DNA from: a virus
Taxonomy: Duplodnaviria; Caudoviricetes
DNA length: 27,702 bases
IMG/VR virus record: IMGVR_UViG_3300020044_003756
Location: 1 to 27,702 of that record
Strand: one strand, 5' to 3'
A program made the translations under genes and the position numbers. Shown here piece by piece: positions 1 through 9,082 of the stretch (position 1 is the stretch's first letter; every line of letters starts with the position of its first letter). Below the pieces are notes generated by a model. The model saw only the letters and a program-made list of their open reading frames with translations, ran no database searches and had not been told where the DNA came from.

Positions 1-53
1 AATTTACTACAAATCTCCGCTGCTATTTTTCGCGCTTCCGTTTGTTTTGCCAT
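1..53 (-). CDS. 5' end of a hypothetical protein running off the window edge (MAKQTEARKIAAEICSK...)
   Basis: ATG at 53 after an A-rich stretch (AAAGAAACAAATG); frame stays open to position 1; overlaps the end of the upstream gene. Confidence 0.45.
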   Translation of the reverse strand, partial: MAKQTEARKIAAEICSK

Positions 54-270
54 TTGTTTCTTTCTTCGTAAACTTTTCAATTACCGTTCCGCTAAACAAA
101 CCGCCACTTAATAAAGCGAGTGTATCAAACATCGCAATCGGACAATCGTAAGAGCTGAAAACGGCAATGTAACTGATTACAATTAAATTGATTGAAACAA
201 ATATAGCAATAACTCGCTTACTTGAAACTTTTGTACTCGATGTGAGCAAAGAATTTAACCACTCTTTCAT
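7..270 (-). CDS. putative holin / two-TM membrane protein
   Basis: 87 aa with two hydrophobic segments (VIAIFVSINLIVISYIAVF; LALLSGGLFSGTVI) and a charged C-terminus; lies in the lysis cassette downstream of the endolysin. Confidence 0.55.
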   Translation of the reverse strand: MKEWLNSLLTSSTKVSSKRVIAIFVSINLIVISYIAVFSSYDCPIAMFDTLALLSGGLFSGTVIEKFTKKETNGKTNGSAKNSSGDL

Positions 271-515
271 ATCATTTTTAGAATTAGTTGAACAATTAAA
301 CCGCCAACTACACCCGCAGCGGTTGCAATACCACCCAAACGCGCAACCTGTAAACGTTGGTTTTGAATGTATTTGTCATGCTTTTGAACTTTACTAACGA
401 GACCTTCAATTTTCATTTCGTCGTCGCCTATTAAGACATGATAGATACGGTCTATCTTCTTATTCATTTCTTGAAGCTCTTCGTGTATCAAAACAATCTC
501 GTTTTCGGTGTTCAT
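267..515 (-). CDS. coiled-coil protein with C-terminal TM helix (XhlA/holin-like lysis accessory)
   Basis: Likely start is MNTENE at 515, just past the lysozyme stop; heptad-like N-terminus and hydrophobic C-terminus LGGIATAAGVVGGLIVQLIL; ATGA overlap with the next gene. Confidence 0.55.
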   Translation of the reverse strand: MNTENEIVLIHEELQEMNKKIDRIYHVLIGDDEMKIEGLVSKVQKHDKYIQNQRLQVARLGGIATAAGVVGGLIVQLILKMI

Positions 516-516
516 A

Positions 517-960
517 TCATTTGAAATATAATGCAATTTCAGCCTCACGACGACGAACCAAACCCTTTAACACTTTACCACCGCCCTTGTTCCACAGACG
601 AAAAGAGTCGGCAATGGTTGCGTCGTTAGGATTAACGTTTAGTTTTCTAAATACTGAAGAACGTTTGAAGCCACCCGTTCCGATGTTGTACGCAAGTGAA
701 ACACACGCACTAAATTGGTTGTCGTTGAGCGGTTGTAAAATAAACGGCGCAATTGTTACGGCGAATTGGTCAATGATAAATTTAGCCAGTTCTTCGGCGC
801 GTGATTGCGTTATTACGTCGCCTTCTTTAACCTTCATTCCATCTTCGTAGAAAGTGTTTCCGTAACCGATAGTCCAAATACCCGCAGGACATTTATAAGC
901 CTTTAAAACACAACCTTCGAACTTTTTGATTAGTGCGTAACCTTCGCTGTTAACTTTCAT
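517..960 (-). CDS. phage lysozyme (GH24 endolysin)
   Basis: FEG...Y.C.AG.WTIGYG with an E-x8-C-x5-T catalytic triad; NQFSA.VS.AYNIG and GLVRRR.AE motifs. Confidence 0.93.
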   Translation of the reverse strand: MKVNSEGYALIKKFEGCVLKAYKCPAGIWTIGYGNTFYEDGMKVKEGDVITQSRAEELAKFIIDQFAVTIAPFILQPLNDNQFSACVSLAYNIGTGGFKRSSVFRKLNVNPNDATIADSFRLWNKGGGKVLKGLVRRREAEIALYFK

Positions 961-1066
961 TTTGGAGTTTCTTTATTTGTTTTTCTTTCTTTGCTAAATA
1001 CTTACGAAATTTTTCTTCGTAGATTTTGTGCATCGTTAAATTTTTCTTGCGTCCCCTTGTTGCCAT
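950..1066 (-). CDS. small basic hypothetical protein (38 aa, MATRGRKKNLTMHKIYEEKFRKYLAKKEKQIKKLQNES)
   Basis: Translated by hand (not in the ORF track); fills the gap between the adaptor and lysozyme genes; A-rich leader; stop overlaps the lysozyme start. Confidence 0.6.
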   Translation of the reverse strand: MATRGRKKNLTMHKIYEEKFRKYLAKKEKQIKKLQNES

Positions 1067-1082
1067 TCAGTTTTTGTTTTAG

Positions 1083-1655
1083 TTATCTCAACCAACCTAA
1101 ACCACGTCTTCTATATTCGTATGGTAATCTGTCGCGTCCGTCACTAATCTCAAAAGCGTTCGACGGATAAACATTTGTCTGCGACCAAATTTGTTGCGTT
1201 ACGTTCGTAGTGTACTCTGGAAAATCCGACTGATTGAAGCACAAATAATCGACCATGCGTTGCGTGTAAAACATCGCCTGAGAACGCGCTTGATCGCGGT
1301 AGTTTTGTAAGTCGGTTTGACTTATCGGAGTTGTATCTTCGCTTGTGCGAATTACCAAACTTCCGTTATCGGTTTTAACGTACAAATGAGGCAATACTTC
1401 GTACATAGTCCACCACATAACCATTCGACGCAAATAATCGTCAAGAAGAGTCTCGTATGCGCCCGTGATGTCGTCGTTTACAACGTCTTCTTTTATCTTG
1501 TTGTACAAATCAGTTCCTAAATACAACTGCGCGTACTTGTCTTGAGACAAATAGATTGCAGGGTACATCAAAAGCGGGTCAACGCTTCCGTTAATCCATG
1601 TATATTTTTTGATATAGTTTTCGTCTATTAAAAGAACTTCGGGTTGTAGTGCCAT
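1083..1655 (-). CDS. putative head-tail adaptor / head completion protein
   Basis: 190 aa directly after the portal; LGTDLY and FPEY motifs resemble helical connector proteins of Bacteroidota phages (recognised from memory). Confidence 0.55.
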   Translation of the reverse strand: MALQPEVLLIDENYIKKYTWINGSVDPLLMYPAIYLSQDKYAQLYLGTDLYNKIKEDVVNDDITGAYETLLDDYLRRMVMWWTMYEVLPHLYVKTDNGSLVIRTSEDTTPISQTDLQNYRDQARSQAMFYTQRMVDYLCFNQSDFPEYTTNVTQQIWSQTNVYPSNAFEISDGRDRLPYEYRRRGLGWLR

Positions 1656-1664
1656 TGTGTGTTT

Positions 1665-3617
1665 TTATTTATATTTTAATGATGCTCTATTCGGCATATC
1701 GTTAGGACGTACCGCTTCTTCGCCTTTTGGGAATAGTTCGTTTGCTACTTTTCCTGTTACAACAGTATCGTTTTTCAATCCGTCGTTAGGTAAGAATTTA
1801 CCGTCTTTTCTTTTGCGGAAAAATACCTTTCTAAACCACGCGTGACGGCAATATACACCGCCTTTATACGTCCATATTGAATAAGTCGAAGAACCACTTG
1901 GAGCAAATTGTCCATTCACTCCGTCGCTTCCCATTTCAATAATGTCTTCGTACTTAAACAACGCTCCGAGTTTAGAAAGTGCTACCATTTCTTGACAAAA
2001 ATCGCGTGTTACCATTTCGCCTTCCTTCCAAGTGTAGTTCTTTGAATAGTAGTAACGAACTTTATAAAGTCCCGTGTCCTTTTCTTCGCTCTTTTCGTTA
2101 GGTTTTGCGTAACCACGAACACTCATAAATTCAGTACGAAACTTTTCTTCGCCTTCGGGGTTAGTTACTTCTTCGTCAGAAATCAATTCCCATTCTTGTT
2201 CGTCGATATATTCAGCCTTTTCGCGTAAGTGTTGAAGCCATGCTTCACCTTCCTCTTTGCTTATCTTAACACCCGCATCCTTCGCCTTCTTCGCTACAAC
2301 TTTTTTTTTTTGAGCGGACAATTTAGCCACCGCATCACCTCCTGTTTGAAACATCGACTTCGCAACGTCTACGTCAAGACCTAAGAACTGAACTAAAAAT
2401 ACAATCGCTTGTTCTTGCGTCAATGTTCCAGTACCAACCGCTGCGACAATCTCCAAAGCGGACGCGATTTGCGCTCCGTTATAAGTTACGTCGCTCACCT
2501 TTTCGCCTGTTGCTGTTGGTGTTTCTGTTACGTCGGTTGAAGGTATGTCTATTACTTCGGTAGGCGCGTTAGAATCGACTGTAACACCGTCTTCAAATAC
2601 TGAGTTCATTTCAATATTTACGTCGCCTAAAATCGGTGTGAAGACTTCTTCGATAATTCTTTGGTATGGACGTATTACTTGCGTGTTGAATATCTCTAAA
2701 CCAACAACCATTTCGTCTTTGTTACTTCCGAATCCTGTTGTGTCGCGTATGCCGTGAATCAATGGAGAAACAACGCGGTGTCCTACCATGATTTGCTTCG
2801 CTGTTTCTTCGCTTAAAAACTGATATTGTTTGTCAGCATCCGACAAAGGGAAGTCTTGAATCTGTGGAGCGCGTGTTGGGTCTTCATTAAAGGTCATTAA
2901 GAACTTCCCCGCGTTAGCAGCACCGCTCAATCTTGTTTCCCATTCACGACGAATAGCTTCGCGTTCTTCTTTCTGCGGTATGCCGTTTAAGAAGTTTATA
3001 ATGAATGAAGGGAACAATCCGTTTAAGATATTATTGACGTGGTACATTCCCATTTGATAAGACAATTCAACGTAATTCAACGCTCCGAAGTAGTCGGGTT
3101 TTGGATAGTACGAAGAACCTGCCATCATACCGTGTGCGTAAATCACTTGGCGCGGTTGTTCTTGCGCCTGCGAAGGATTGAACGCGGGTATAAATTCGGG
3201 TTTACCTTTTTTGCTTCGTGAATTAGCCCAATCTTTTGAGTACCAAATGCCAGTTATTTCGTCTTCGTCTTTGTCATAAGCAAGGCGACAGTTCTCAAAA
3301 GGCAAATGGTTAATTTTTACAACGCGTGTAAAGTCCATTGACCAAATAACCTCAGCAACAAACGCACCTTGTAGCTTTAAATCAAACGCGATACCTTGCA
3401 ACGCGTTGTCAAGAATCGTTCCCGTACCTTGTCCTTCTATCATGTAAGCGATTGAGTTCGTCAACGCGTTATGAATAGGTGAATTGTAGTAAAGGTTTAT
3501 TAAGTGTTGAGGGAATAAGTTGTTATTTCCGTAGTCAATCCAACCGCTGCGATTCTCTTTCTCAATTGCTTCAACGGGTTGATAAGCCGAAAGGTTTATT
3601 GCTTGTATGTTGCTCAT
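1665..3617 (-). CDS. portal protein with C-terminal minor-head (MuF/gp7-like) extension
   Basis: N-terminal ~340 aa has portal hallmarks (YG.NN.FPQ.L..LYYNSP.H, YYPKPDY, NG.FPS, GAANAG, GHRV.SP). An acidic linker follows, then a domain with RDFC...KGGVYCRHAW. Confidence 0.85.
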   Translation of the reverse strand: MSNIQAINLSAYQPVEAIEKENRSGWIDYGNNNLFPQHLINLYYNSPIHNALTNSIAYMIEGQGTGTILDNALQGIAFDLKLQGAFVAEVIWSMDFTRVVKINHLPFENCRLAYDKDEDEITGIWYSKDWANSRSKKGKPEFIPAFNPSQAQEQPRQVIYAHGMMAGSSYYPKPDYFGALNYVELSYQMGMYHVNNILNGLFPSFIINFLNGIPQKEEREAIRREWETRLSGAANAGKFLMTFNEDPTRAPQIQDFPLSDADKQYQFLSEETAKQIMVGHRVVSPLIHGIRDTTGFGSNKDEMVVGLEIFNTQVIRPYQRIIEEVFTPILGDVNIEMNSVFEDGVTVDSNAPTEVIDIPSTDVTETPTATGEKVSDVTYNGAQIASALEIVAAVGTGTLTQEQAIVFLVQFLGLDVDVAKSMFQTGGDAVAKLSAQKKKVVAKKAKDAGVKISKEEGEAWLQHLREKAEYIDEQEWELISDEEVTNPEGEEKFRTEFMSVRGYAKPNEKSEEKDTGLYKVRYYYSKNYTWKEGEMVTRDFCQEMVALSKLGALFKYEDIIEMGSDGVNGQFAPSGSSTYSIWTYKGGVYCRHAWFRKVFFRKRKDGKFLPNDGLKNDTVVTGKVANELFPKGEEAVRPNDMPNRASLKYK

Positions 3618-4000
3618 TATGCGCCTGTATATATTACATCGACAGGAATTGTCGGTGTTGAAACGTCAAAGTAAATTGTCCCGTCTTGAAGAATCATTGA
3701 ACCACGTTCAACAAGTCCAACAACGGACTCATCTAATGGGTCTAAATTGCTGTTGCTGTTTTGTCCGTACACGTCGTACTTGTATTTGCCAGCGTCGACA
3801 AGACCAACTGTTGTTAAACGTATTTTAGTAACACGTTCGTTTTCGTTTATTACGGTTACGACTTGTGCGAGTTGTTCGCCTGTCATTTCGTAGGTTAAAA
3901 TAAGAAGGTAGTTTGTAAACGCAACGTTGAAGTATTGGCGACCTTCATCGAGTGAAAGCCACGCGTCTTGATTCGCTGTGTTTGTATTCAAATAAACCAT
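3617..4000 (-). CDS. virion structural protein, beta-rich (possible head closure or Ig-like)
   Basis: 127 aa between the major tail protein and portal; G.Y.Y.VY and LVERG motifs; stop overlaps the portal start. Confidence 0.5.
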   Translation of the reverse strand: MVYLNTNTANQDAWLSLDEGRQYFNVAFTNYLLILTYEMTGEQLAQVVTVINENERVTKIRLTTVGLVDAGKYKYDVYGQNSNSNLDPLDESVVGLVERGSMILQDGTIYFDVSTPTIPVDVIYTGA

Positions 4001-4032
4001 TCTATCCTTTTATTTGTGTTATGAAATTACAG

Positions 4033-4059
4033 CACAGAGGGACGCGTTGCCCCTCTATG
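4033..4059 (-). terminator. stem-loop after the major tail protein gene (terminator or processing hairpin)
   Basis: Minus strand CATAGAGGG-GCAACGCGT-CCCTCTGTG; weak U-tract. Confidence 0.4.
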
Positions 4060-4075
4060 TGTAAAAGTTTTTTGT

Positions 4076-4582
4076 TTAGTCAAGGATTGACAAAGGAGTA
4101 CCGCTCAATTTGTACGCTCTCTTTGGAGTTTCGTGTACAAATGCAAGTGTGTAACCATTCATGTCTCCAAGTGCTGTTCCTGTCGCTGCTGTTCCTGTTG
4201 AAAGGTCAGCACCGAACTCATAACCAATAGCCCACCAGTTGTCGTTTGAATCGTTAACGAAAACCATTGGACGACCTTGCGCAACTGTTTGCAATTCAAG
4301 ACGCTTAGGAGCGCTCAATTTGTTTAACATTACGTTAACCGTCTGCGTGTAGAAAATAGTTCCTGCATCACGGTTGAAGTTAATTGTTTCTTCGAAAGAA
4401 CCCGTTTGCGTTGGCAATTCGTATGTATACAAATCACCTGCAACTGGACCGACGATAGCAGTAACAATTTCGTTTGCGTCAAAAGTTAACGAAGTAACCG
4501 TGTCGCAAAGAATGATTTTCTTAATACCACCGATGCCGTCTTTGCAATCGAGAGTAAATCCTGTACTTAATTCACAAGCCAT
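4076..4582 (-). CDS. major tail (tube) protein
   Basis: MAC.LS.G..LDCKD.IGGIK start and TGTA.GD.NGY end, typical of Bacteroidota siphovirus tube proteins; follows the capsid gene. Confidence 0.7.
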   Translation of the reverse strand: MACELSTGFTLDCKDGIGGIKKIILCDTVTSLTFDANEIVTAIVGPVAGDLYTYELPTQTGSFEETINFNRDAGTIFYTQTVNVMLNKLSAPKRLELQTVAQGRPMVFVNDSNDNWWAIGYEFGADLSTGTAATGTALGDMNGYTLAFVHETPKRAYKLSGTPLSILD

Positions 4583-4603
4583 ATTTGTATGTTTTTATTA
4601 GCA

Positions 4604-4636
4604 CAAAAGAGGGGTGGATTTTACGCCACCACCTCT
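4604..4636 (-). terminator. intrinsic terminator after the major capsid gene
   Basis: Minus strand AGAGG-T-GGTGG-CGTAAAAT-CCACC-CCTCT followed by TTTG. Confidence 0.65.
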
Positions 4637-4663
4637 ATCGTGCAAGGGTTAGAATGGTTGAGA

Positions 4664-5566
4664 TTATGCAGTGTATTGGTAGAACGCGATTTCGTTTCCG
4701 AATCCGTACTGAACACCTGCGAAGAAAGAAGCTGCGAAACGTACGTTGTCAGAAAGGTCGTATTGGTACATATCCAAAACAGCAACGTTGTTCCATTGGT
4801 CAAGAAGGTTTGTTCCGAACCACAAGTTCGACTTCTGATACATAGCCATTGTATCGTCAGACATACCAGGACATTCAACGATGTCGTATTGTCCCTGCCA
4901 AGTCATCTTCACTGTTTCACCTTGGTACAAGTAGCTTCCACCGCCAAGACCTAAGATAGCAGTTCTAAACGCTTCAGCAACGTTTGAACTAACCGCGATA
5001 ACAGGCTTCTCAGTTGCACGACGAACGCGTGTTGGAAGTGTTAAAACCAAACGGTTCATTTCTTCAATTACGTTCGCAGAAGTGATAGCCTCAGGAGTAG
5101 CAACGTCAAGAACCGCAGCGTCAGCCAAAAACAATGTCTCGAAACCTGCGTACTCACCCGCTGTTGCGTTAACACCTTGCCACATTACGCGCTCGTTGTT
5201 AGCTCCAACACCTGCCATTACGTTAGCAATTAAAGCGTCGGTTAATGAAGCGTGAAGGAAACCGTCTTGCTCAGATTTAGCTTCCCAGTCAGCCAAGAAA
5301 TCTTTTTTGCAAAGTTGACGATGAACTTGGAATTTTTCCAAAGTCAAGATACGCTCTGTTAAAGTAACTGTTCCAGTTGGAGTAAAGTCACAAGTCGCGT
5401 TAGCGAAAGTGATGTCGTCAACTAATTTGCGAACAACTTGTTTGTACTCGATGTTCTCTTTGAATGTAACCGCAGCCAAAGACTCGTTACTTAAAAATGC
5501 AGCGCGGATATATCCTGCCGCTTCACGACCAGCAAATGTTGTGGTCAAACTTGTTGTAGTAGCCAT
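4664..5566 (-). CDS. major capsid protein (HK97 fold inferred)
   Basis: 300 aa after the scaffold; CDFTP.G.VTL.ER.L, WQG and NL.FGT.L motifs seen in Bacteroidota phage capsids; followed by a terminator. Confidence 0.85.
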   Translation of the reverse strand: MATTTSLTTTFAGREAAGYIRAAFLSNESLAAVTFKENIEYKQVVRKLVDDITFANATCDFTPTGTVTLTERILTLEKFQVHRQLCKKDFLADWEAKSEQDGFLHASLTDALIANVMAGVGANNERVMWQGVNATAGEYAGFETLFLADAAVLDVATPEAITSANVIEEMNRLVLTLPTRVRRATEKPVIAVSSNVAEAFRTAILGLGGGSYLYQGETVKMTWQGQYDIVECPGMSDDTMAMYQKSNLWFGTNLLDQWNNVAVLDMYQYDLSDNVRFAASFFAGVQYGFGNEIAFYQYTA

Positions 5567-5587
5567 TTTTTATTGTTTGTTTTTTTA

Positions 5588-6157
5588 TTATTTTTTAAGA
5601 TGAAATAAGAAGCGTTCCTCTGCGCTCATCTTGTTGTAAGATTTAGCAGGCGCTTGCTTTGTTTGTTTAACCTCTTTGATAGATTGAACCGCAGGTTGTG
5701 CGCTCAACTTCTCAACGTTTGAAGAAAGTTCTGCGTTTGCCTTTTTCATTTCAGCAAGTTCGCTTTCTAACTTTGCAACCAAAGACAAAAGACCTTCAAC
5801 CTCTGCGTTGAAAGAATCTTTAACTACTTCCGTAGCTTGTTCTTCTTCAATTACAACTTCAACCTCTGGAGCTTCTTCTTCTTCCATTGGTCTTAATTCG
5901 GCAACAACACCGTCAGCAACAACAACCGTTACCATTTCAGCGGTCTTGTATTCTCCGTCCGCAACAACAACCTCGTTGCCTTCTGCGTCTTTAGTGAATA
6001 CACGAACACCAACAGCCCACGCGTCGCTATCTGAGTAGATGCTTGTACCGTCCTCAAGTATCGCTTCAACCATTTGTTTCACCTCAACAACCTCTTCGGC
6101 AGATAGGCTTACATTGTGTTTCGCGAAAAGAGCGTTTACTTTTTCTCGTAAGTTCAT
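5588..6157 (-). CDS. capsid scaffolding protein
   Basis: Likely start MNLREK at 6157; very acidic with a coiled-coil C-terminal half; lies between protease and capsid genes. Confidence 0.7.
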   Translation of the reverse strand: MNLREKVNALFAKHNVSLSAEEVVEVKQMVEAILEDGTSIYSDSDAWAVGVRVFTKDAEGNEVVVADGEYKTAEMVTVVVADGVVAELRPMEEEEAPEVEVVIEEEQATEVVKDSFNAEVEGLLSLVAKLESELAEMKKANAELSSNVEKLSAQPAVQSIKEVKQTKQAPAKSYNKMSAEERFLFHLKK

Positions 6158-6200
6158 ATAAGTGTTTATTAAATGTTTAGTGACTAAATAGAAAAGAGTG

Positions 6201-6208
6201 TACATTTG
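6201..6208 (+). promoter_or_regulatory. candidate Bacteroidota -7 promoter element, antisense to the structural operon
   Basis: TACATTTG matches TAnnTTTG; only a weak -33 element (TTTAG, 6176-6180). Confidence 0.4.
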
Positions 6209-6212
6209 TTTC

Positions 6213-6285
6213 GTAATTGAATCTTTTCATAGTTTCTTTTTGATTTTTAGGTTTGAACGGGGGAGTAGTTACCCCCGTTTTTTTT
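6213..6285 (+). ncRNA. candidate ~70 nt small RNA
   Basis: Intergenic, bounded by a -7 motif and a plus-oriented terminator; the 5' end is approximate. Confidence 0.35.
6256..6285 (+). terminator. intrinsic terminator oriented on the plus strand
   Basis: AACGGGGG-AGTAGTTA-CCCCCGTT with a T8 run (6278-6285) on plus; no U-tract on minus. Confidence 0.7.
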
Positions 6286-6460
6286 ATCCTAAAGAATCAA
6301 GTATTGCGTTTAACATCTTCATTTCATCCTCATTCAATCCGTACGTCTTAAACCCCATTTTACCACCCTCGTTCGTAATCTTGGTGAGCGCGTTTAGAAA
6401 CAGGTTTGCGTCGTCGTTGAACAACTCCAACTTTAAAAACCCACCCGTTTCGATGTTCAT
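6284..6460 (-). CDS. small hypothetical protein (58 aa, MNIETGGFLKLELFNDD...AILDSLG)
   Basis: Translated by hand; the ATG directly abuts the protease stop codon (TAAATG). Confidence 0.65.
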   Translation of the reverse strand: MNIETGGFLKLELFNDDANLFLNALTKITNEGGKMGFKTYGLNEDEMKMLNAILDSLG

Positions 6461-7051
6461 TTATTCTTCTTTCAAAAGTTCATTTAACTCTTCAAGAATA
6501 GCAGCGAACTTTTCGTGTGCGCTTAAATACATTTCCTTTTCGGCAATAAAATTTCCTTCAATCGAGAACCCAAGAACCTCTTTGTTTTGAATCTGTTTTT
6601 TCACCTCTTCGTTTTCGACTTTCATACAACCGAACCACGTCCCCTCTGGAAGTGAAAACCCGAAGTTCTTCGACTTGTCGTTTTCGCCTTCAATGATCCA
6701 CGTCTCGACAAGACTAACTCCGTCAACAACTTTCGCGTGTTCAACCGTTGCATTGTTTTGATTCGCTTGCTTTAAATAGTTGTAAGCGATAGCGCGAATG
6801 GTTTCTTTCGAATACTTCACATAGTATTCTTCATCCGTCTTGTCGTCGCGTCTGTATATCAGTTGTTCGGGAATCAATAACGCACCGTATAAAAGACCTC
6901 TAAAATCTTCTTTGAACTTCACAGTGTGTTGTTCGCTCAATGCAACGAAGTCAACCCCTATTGCGGGTTCTTCAACAACGGAAATAGCATACACTCCGAG
7001 CAAACCTGCGTCGTCGATGCCGTATTCAATAACTTTAATTTTTTTGTTCAT
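6461..7051 (-). CDS. prohead maturation protease (XkdF-like serine peptidase)
   Basis: PAI..DF.AL, N.T.EH, LP.GTW...MK and GFSIEG motifs; upstream of scaffold and capsid. Confidence 0.8.
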   Translation of the reverse strand: MNKKIKVIEYGIDDAGLLGVYAISVVEEPAIGVDFVALSEQHTVKFKEDFRGLLYGALLIPEQLIYRRDDKTDEEYYVKYSKETIRAIAYNYLKQANQNNATVEHAKVVDGVSLVETWIIEGENDKSKNFGFSLPEGTWFGCMKVENEEVKKQIQNKEVLGFSIEGNFIAEKEMYLSAHEKFAAILEELNELLKEE

Positions 7052-7063
7052 TGTGTTTATTTT

Positions 7064-9082
7064 TTAACCGCCTAAGCGCGATTGATTTTGAATTAATTGT
7101 TGAGCTTCTAAGTTGCTGCTCACTTGCGTTCCTACGACGTAGGCTTGAAGCGGTGCTTGTTGTTGCGGTTGGTTACCTAAGAAGGCGAAATTTGCGGGTG
7201 AAGGTGCTGTTGTTCCACCGCCTGCGCTTGGCGCACTTCCACCGCCACCGTCCGCAGCCGCACCACCGCCACCATTCATAAATTTTCCTATTGTTGTTCC
7301 CGCTATTGAAGCAATACCAACAGCCGCTCGAATCTTTGCCGCAATAATGGAAGGTATTTTTACAGATGCTCCCAAGTCGGGCATTGCTGTTAATGTAGGG
7401 TTACTACTTATACCCGCTATTTCTCGTTGTGTGTTTACGACTATGGACGCAATGGCTAAAGCCTTGTCAAGTGCAAAAGCAATGTCAGCCGCTTTTTTAT
7501 TCTTTGCGAATATCGTTCCTAACAAATCAACAGACGCGGAAGCCAAAGAAAATTTAGCGTCTGCTAATGACTGTTCGGCAGCAAGTTTATCTTCAGCTAA
7601 TTTTTTCGCGTCCTCTAATTCTTTGTCTCCGTACTTCTTTTTTATTTCCGCTTCCGCAGCCAGTTGACCTTCTATAAATACCATAGTGTCAACACCTCGC
7701 AAGTCAGCTTCGGCAATTAAAGCGTCGTACTTTTCTTTATTTATTTGAAGCTCTCTATCTTTTTCACTTATTAAACGTTGTTCGTTTTCTTTCGCTTGCT
7801 CCATTGCAGCGTCCGAAATAGCTTTATACTTCGCTCTAAAATCGTCCGCAATTGCTTGTTCTATTGCGCGTGTATCTTCCGCTAATTTTTTAGCGTCTGC
7901 TAATTCCTTTTCGTTAGCTTCTTTCCTTAAACGCTCTTCTTTTTCGCTTGCCTTTTCTTTCTCGCTTACTTCTTTGTCTAGGTTTTTTTGTTTTGACTTT
8001 GCTAAATCTTCGTCGGATTTTTTAATGTCAAGATTTGTTTGGGCTATTGTGTTTGCAAGTTGTGTTTGAGAAAGAATAGACTGTTGCTCCATGTCTATAA
8101 TGGCTTGCTTTTCTTCTTGCGTATTGCCGAAGATAGCGTCAAGAACCATTGTTTGCGCGCCTGCTATTGTCTCATAAGCTTGAAACGAAGTGTCAATTGT
8201 TATTCCAACGTATGACAATAACTCTTTCGACTTTGCAAAGACCGCGTCAAACACAAAAGACATCAATTTAGGAATGGCAAGACCGACTTCCTGAATACCT
8301 TTAAGAACCATTTTTAGATTCTCATTTCTTTGCAGGTCGGCTTTTGCGTTGGCTATGTTTTGAGCGTCCGTTACTTTCTTTTGCTCGAGTAATACTTTAG
8401 CTTTTTCTTGTTGAGCGCGCAAGATTTGTTTTTCACTCATGCCCTGCTCTTTCATTATCGCGCTCGAAGCCATGATAACGTCGTACTCAGACTGCTTCGC
8501 TTTCAAAGACGCTTCGTTTGCCTTTGCGGCCGCTTTCATTTTCTCCGTCAAACCACCCATTGCAGAGTCAAGACCAGGTATTGCTTTACGCAACTTGTCC
8601 ATGTTCATAACAACCACCGCAATAACACCCGCAAGCAACAAGATAGGGTTGGAAAGAATTGCTTTTGCAAGATTAGCAAAGCCCTTGACAAGACCACCAA
8701 CTTCTTCTTTTACTGTCTTAAAATCAATACGTCCAACGGCACTACCCATAGCGGTTAAAGCCGTACCCGCGCCCTTCAAATCGAGAGACATCAAACGTGA
8801 ACCAAACAATCCGATGTTATTTGAAAGACCTTCGAAAGCATTACCCGCGTTTGCGTTAATTTCTGCGGATAAGTCGGAAATGTTGTCCTTTAATTCCGCA
8901 GCACGAAGCGAGGCTTTTTTAAATTCGGCGCTCGTTTGATCCATTTCGAGCATCTGATTTTGGAGAGCGCGAAGTTCTGCCTTCATTGAGGTAAATCCTT
9001 TCGCCGTTCCTTCAGCCGCTTTGGTGGTTTCGTTAAGTACCGTTACCGCGTTGCTCGATATGTTAAATTCTTTTGTTGCCAT
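7064..9082 (-). CDS. tail tape measure protein
   Basis: 672 aa, Ala/Lys/Glu-rich and helical, with an NPILLLAGVIAVV hydrophobic patch, a Gly-rich C-terminal region and a QAYVV end motif. Confidence 0.85.
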   Translation of the reverse strand: MATKEFNISSNAVTVLNETTKAAEGTAKGFTSMKAELRALQNQMLEMDQTSAEFKKASLRAAELKDNISDLSAEINANAGNAFEGLSNNIGLFGSRLMSLDLKGAGTALTAMGSAVGRIDFKTVKEEVGGLVKGFANLAKAILSNPILLLAGVIAVVVMNMDKLRKAIPGLDSAMGGLTEKMKAAAKANEASLKAKQSEYDVIMASSAIMKEQGMSEKQILRAQQEKAKVLLEQKKVTDAQNIANAKADLQRNENLKMVLKGIQEVGLAIPKLMSFVFDAVFAKSKELLSYVGITIDTSFQAYETIAGAQTMVLDAIFGNTQEEKQAIIDMEQQSILSQTQLANTIAQTNLDIKKSDEDLAKSKQKNLDKEVSEKEKASEKEERLRKEANEKELADAKKLAEDTRAIEQAIADDFRAKYKAISDAAMEQAKENEQRLISEKDRELQINKEKYDALIAEADLRGVDTMVFIEGQLAAEAEIKKKYGDKELEDAKKLAEDKLAAEQSLADAKFSLASASVDLLGTIFAKNKKAADIAFALDKALAIASIVVNTQREIAGISSNPTLTAMPDLGASVKIPSIIAAKIRAAVGIASIAGTTIGKFMNGGGGAAADGGGGSAPSAGGGTTAPSPANFAFLGNQPQQQAPLQAYVVGTQVSSNLEAQQLIQNQSRLGG

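Noticed and set aside
517-960. Cys in place of the usual catalytic Asp in the lysozyme
   Set aside because: E-x8-C-x5-T is a known GH24 variant (e.g. P1 Lyz), so it is not novel.
6198-6590. 130-aa plus-strand ORF
   Set aside because: It is antisense to two better genes, runs through a terminator hairpin, and has the F/S-rich composition typical of shadow frames.
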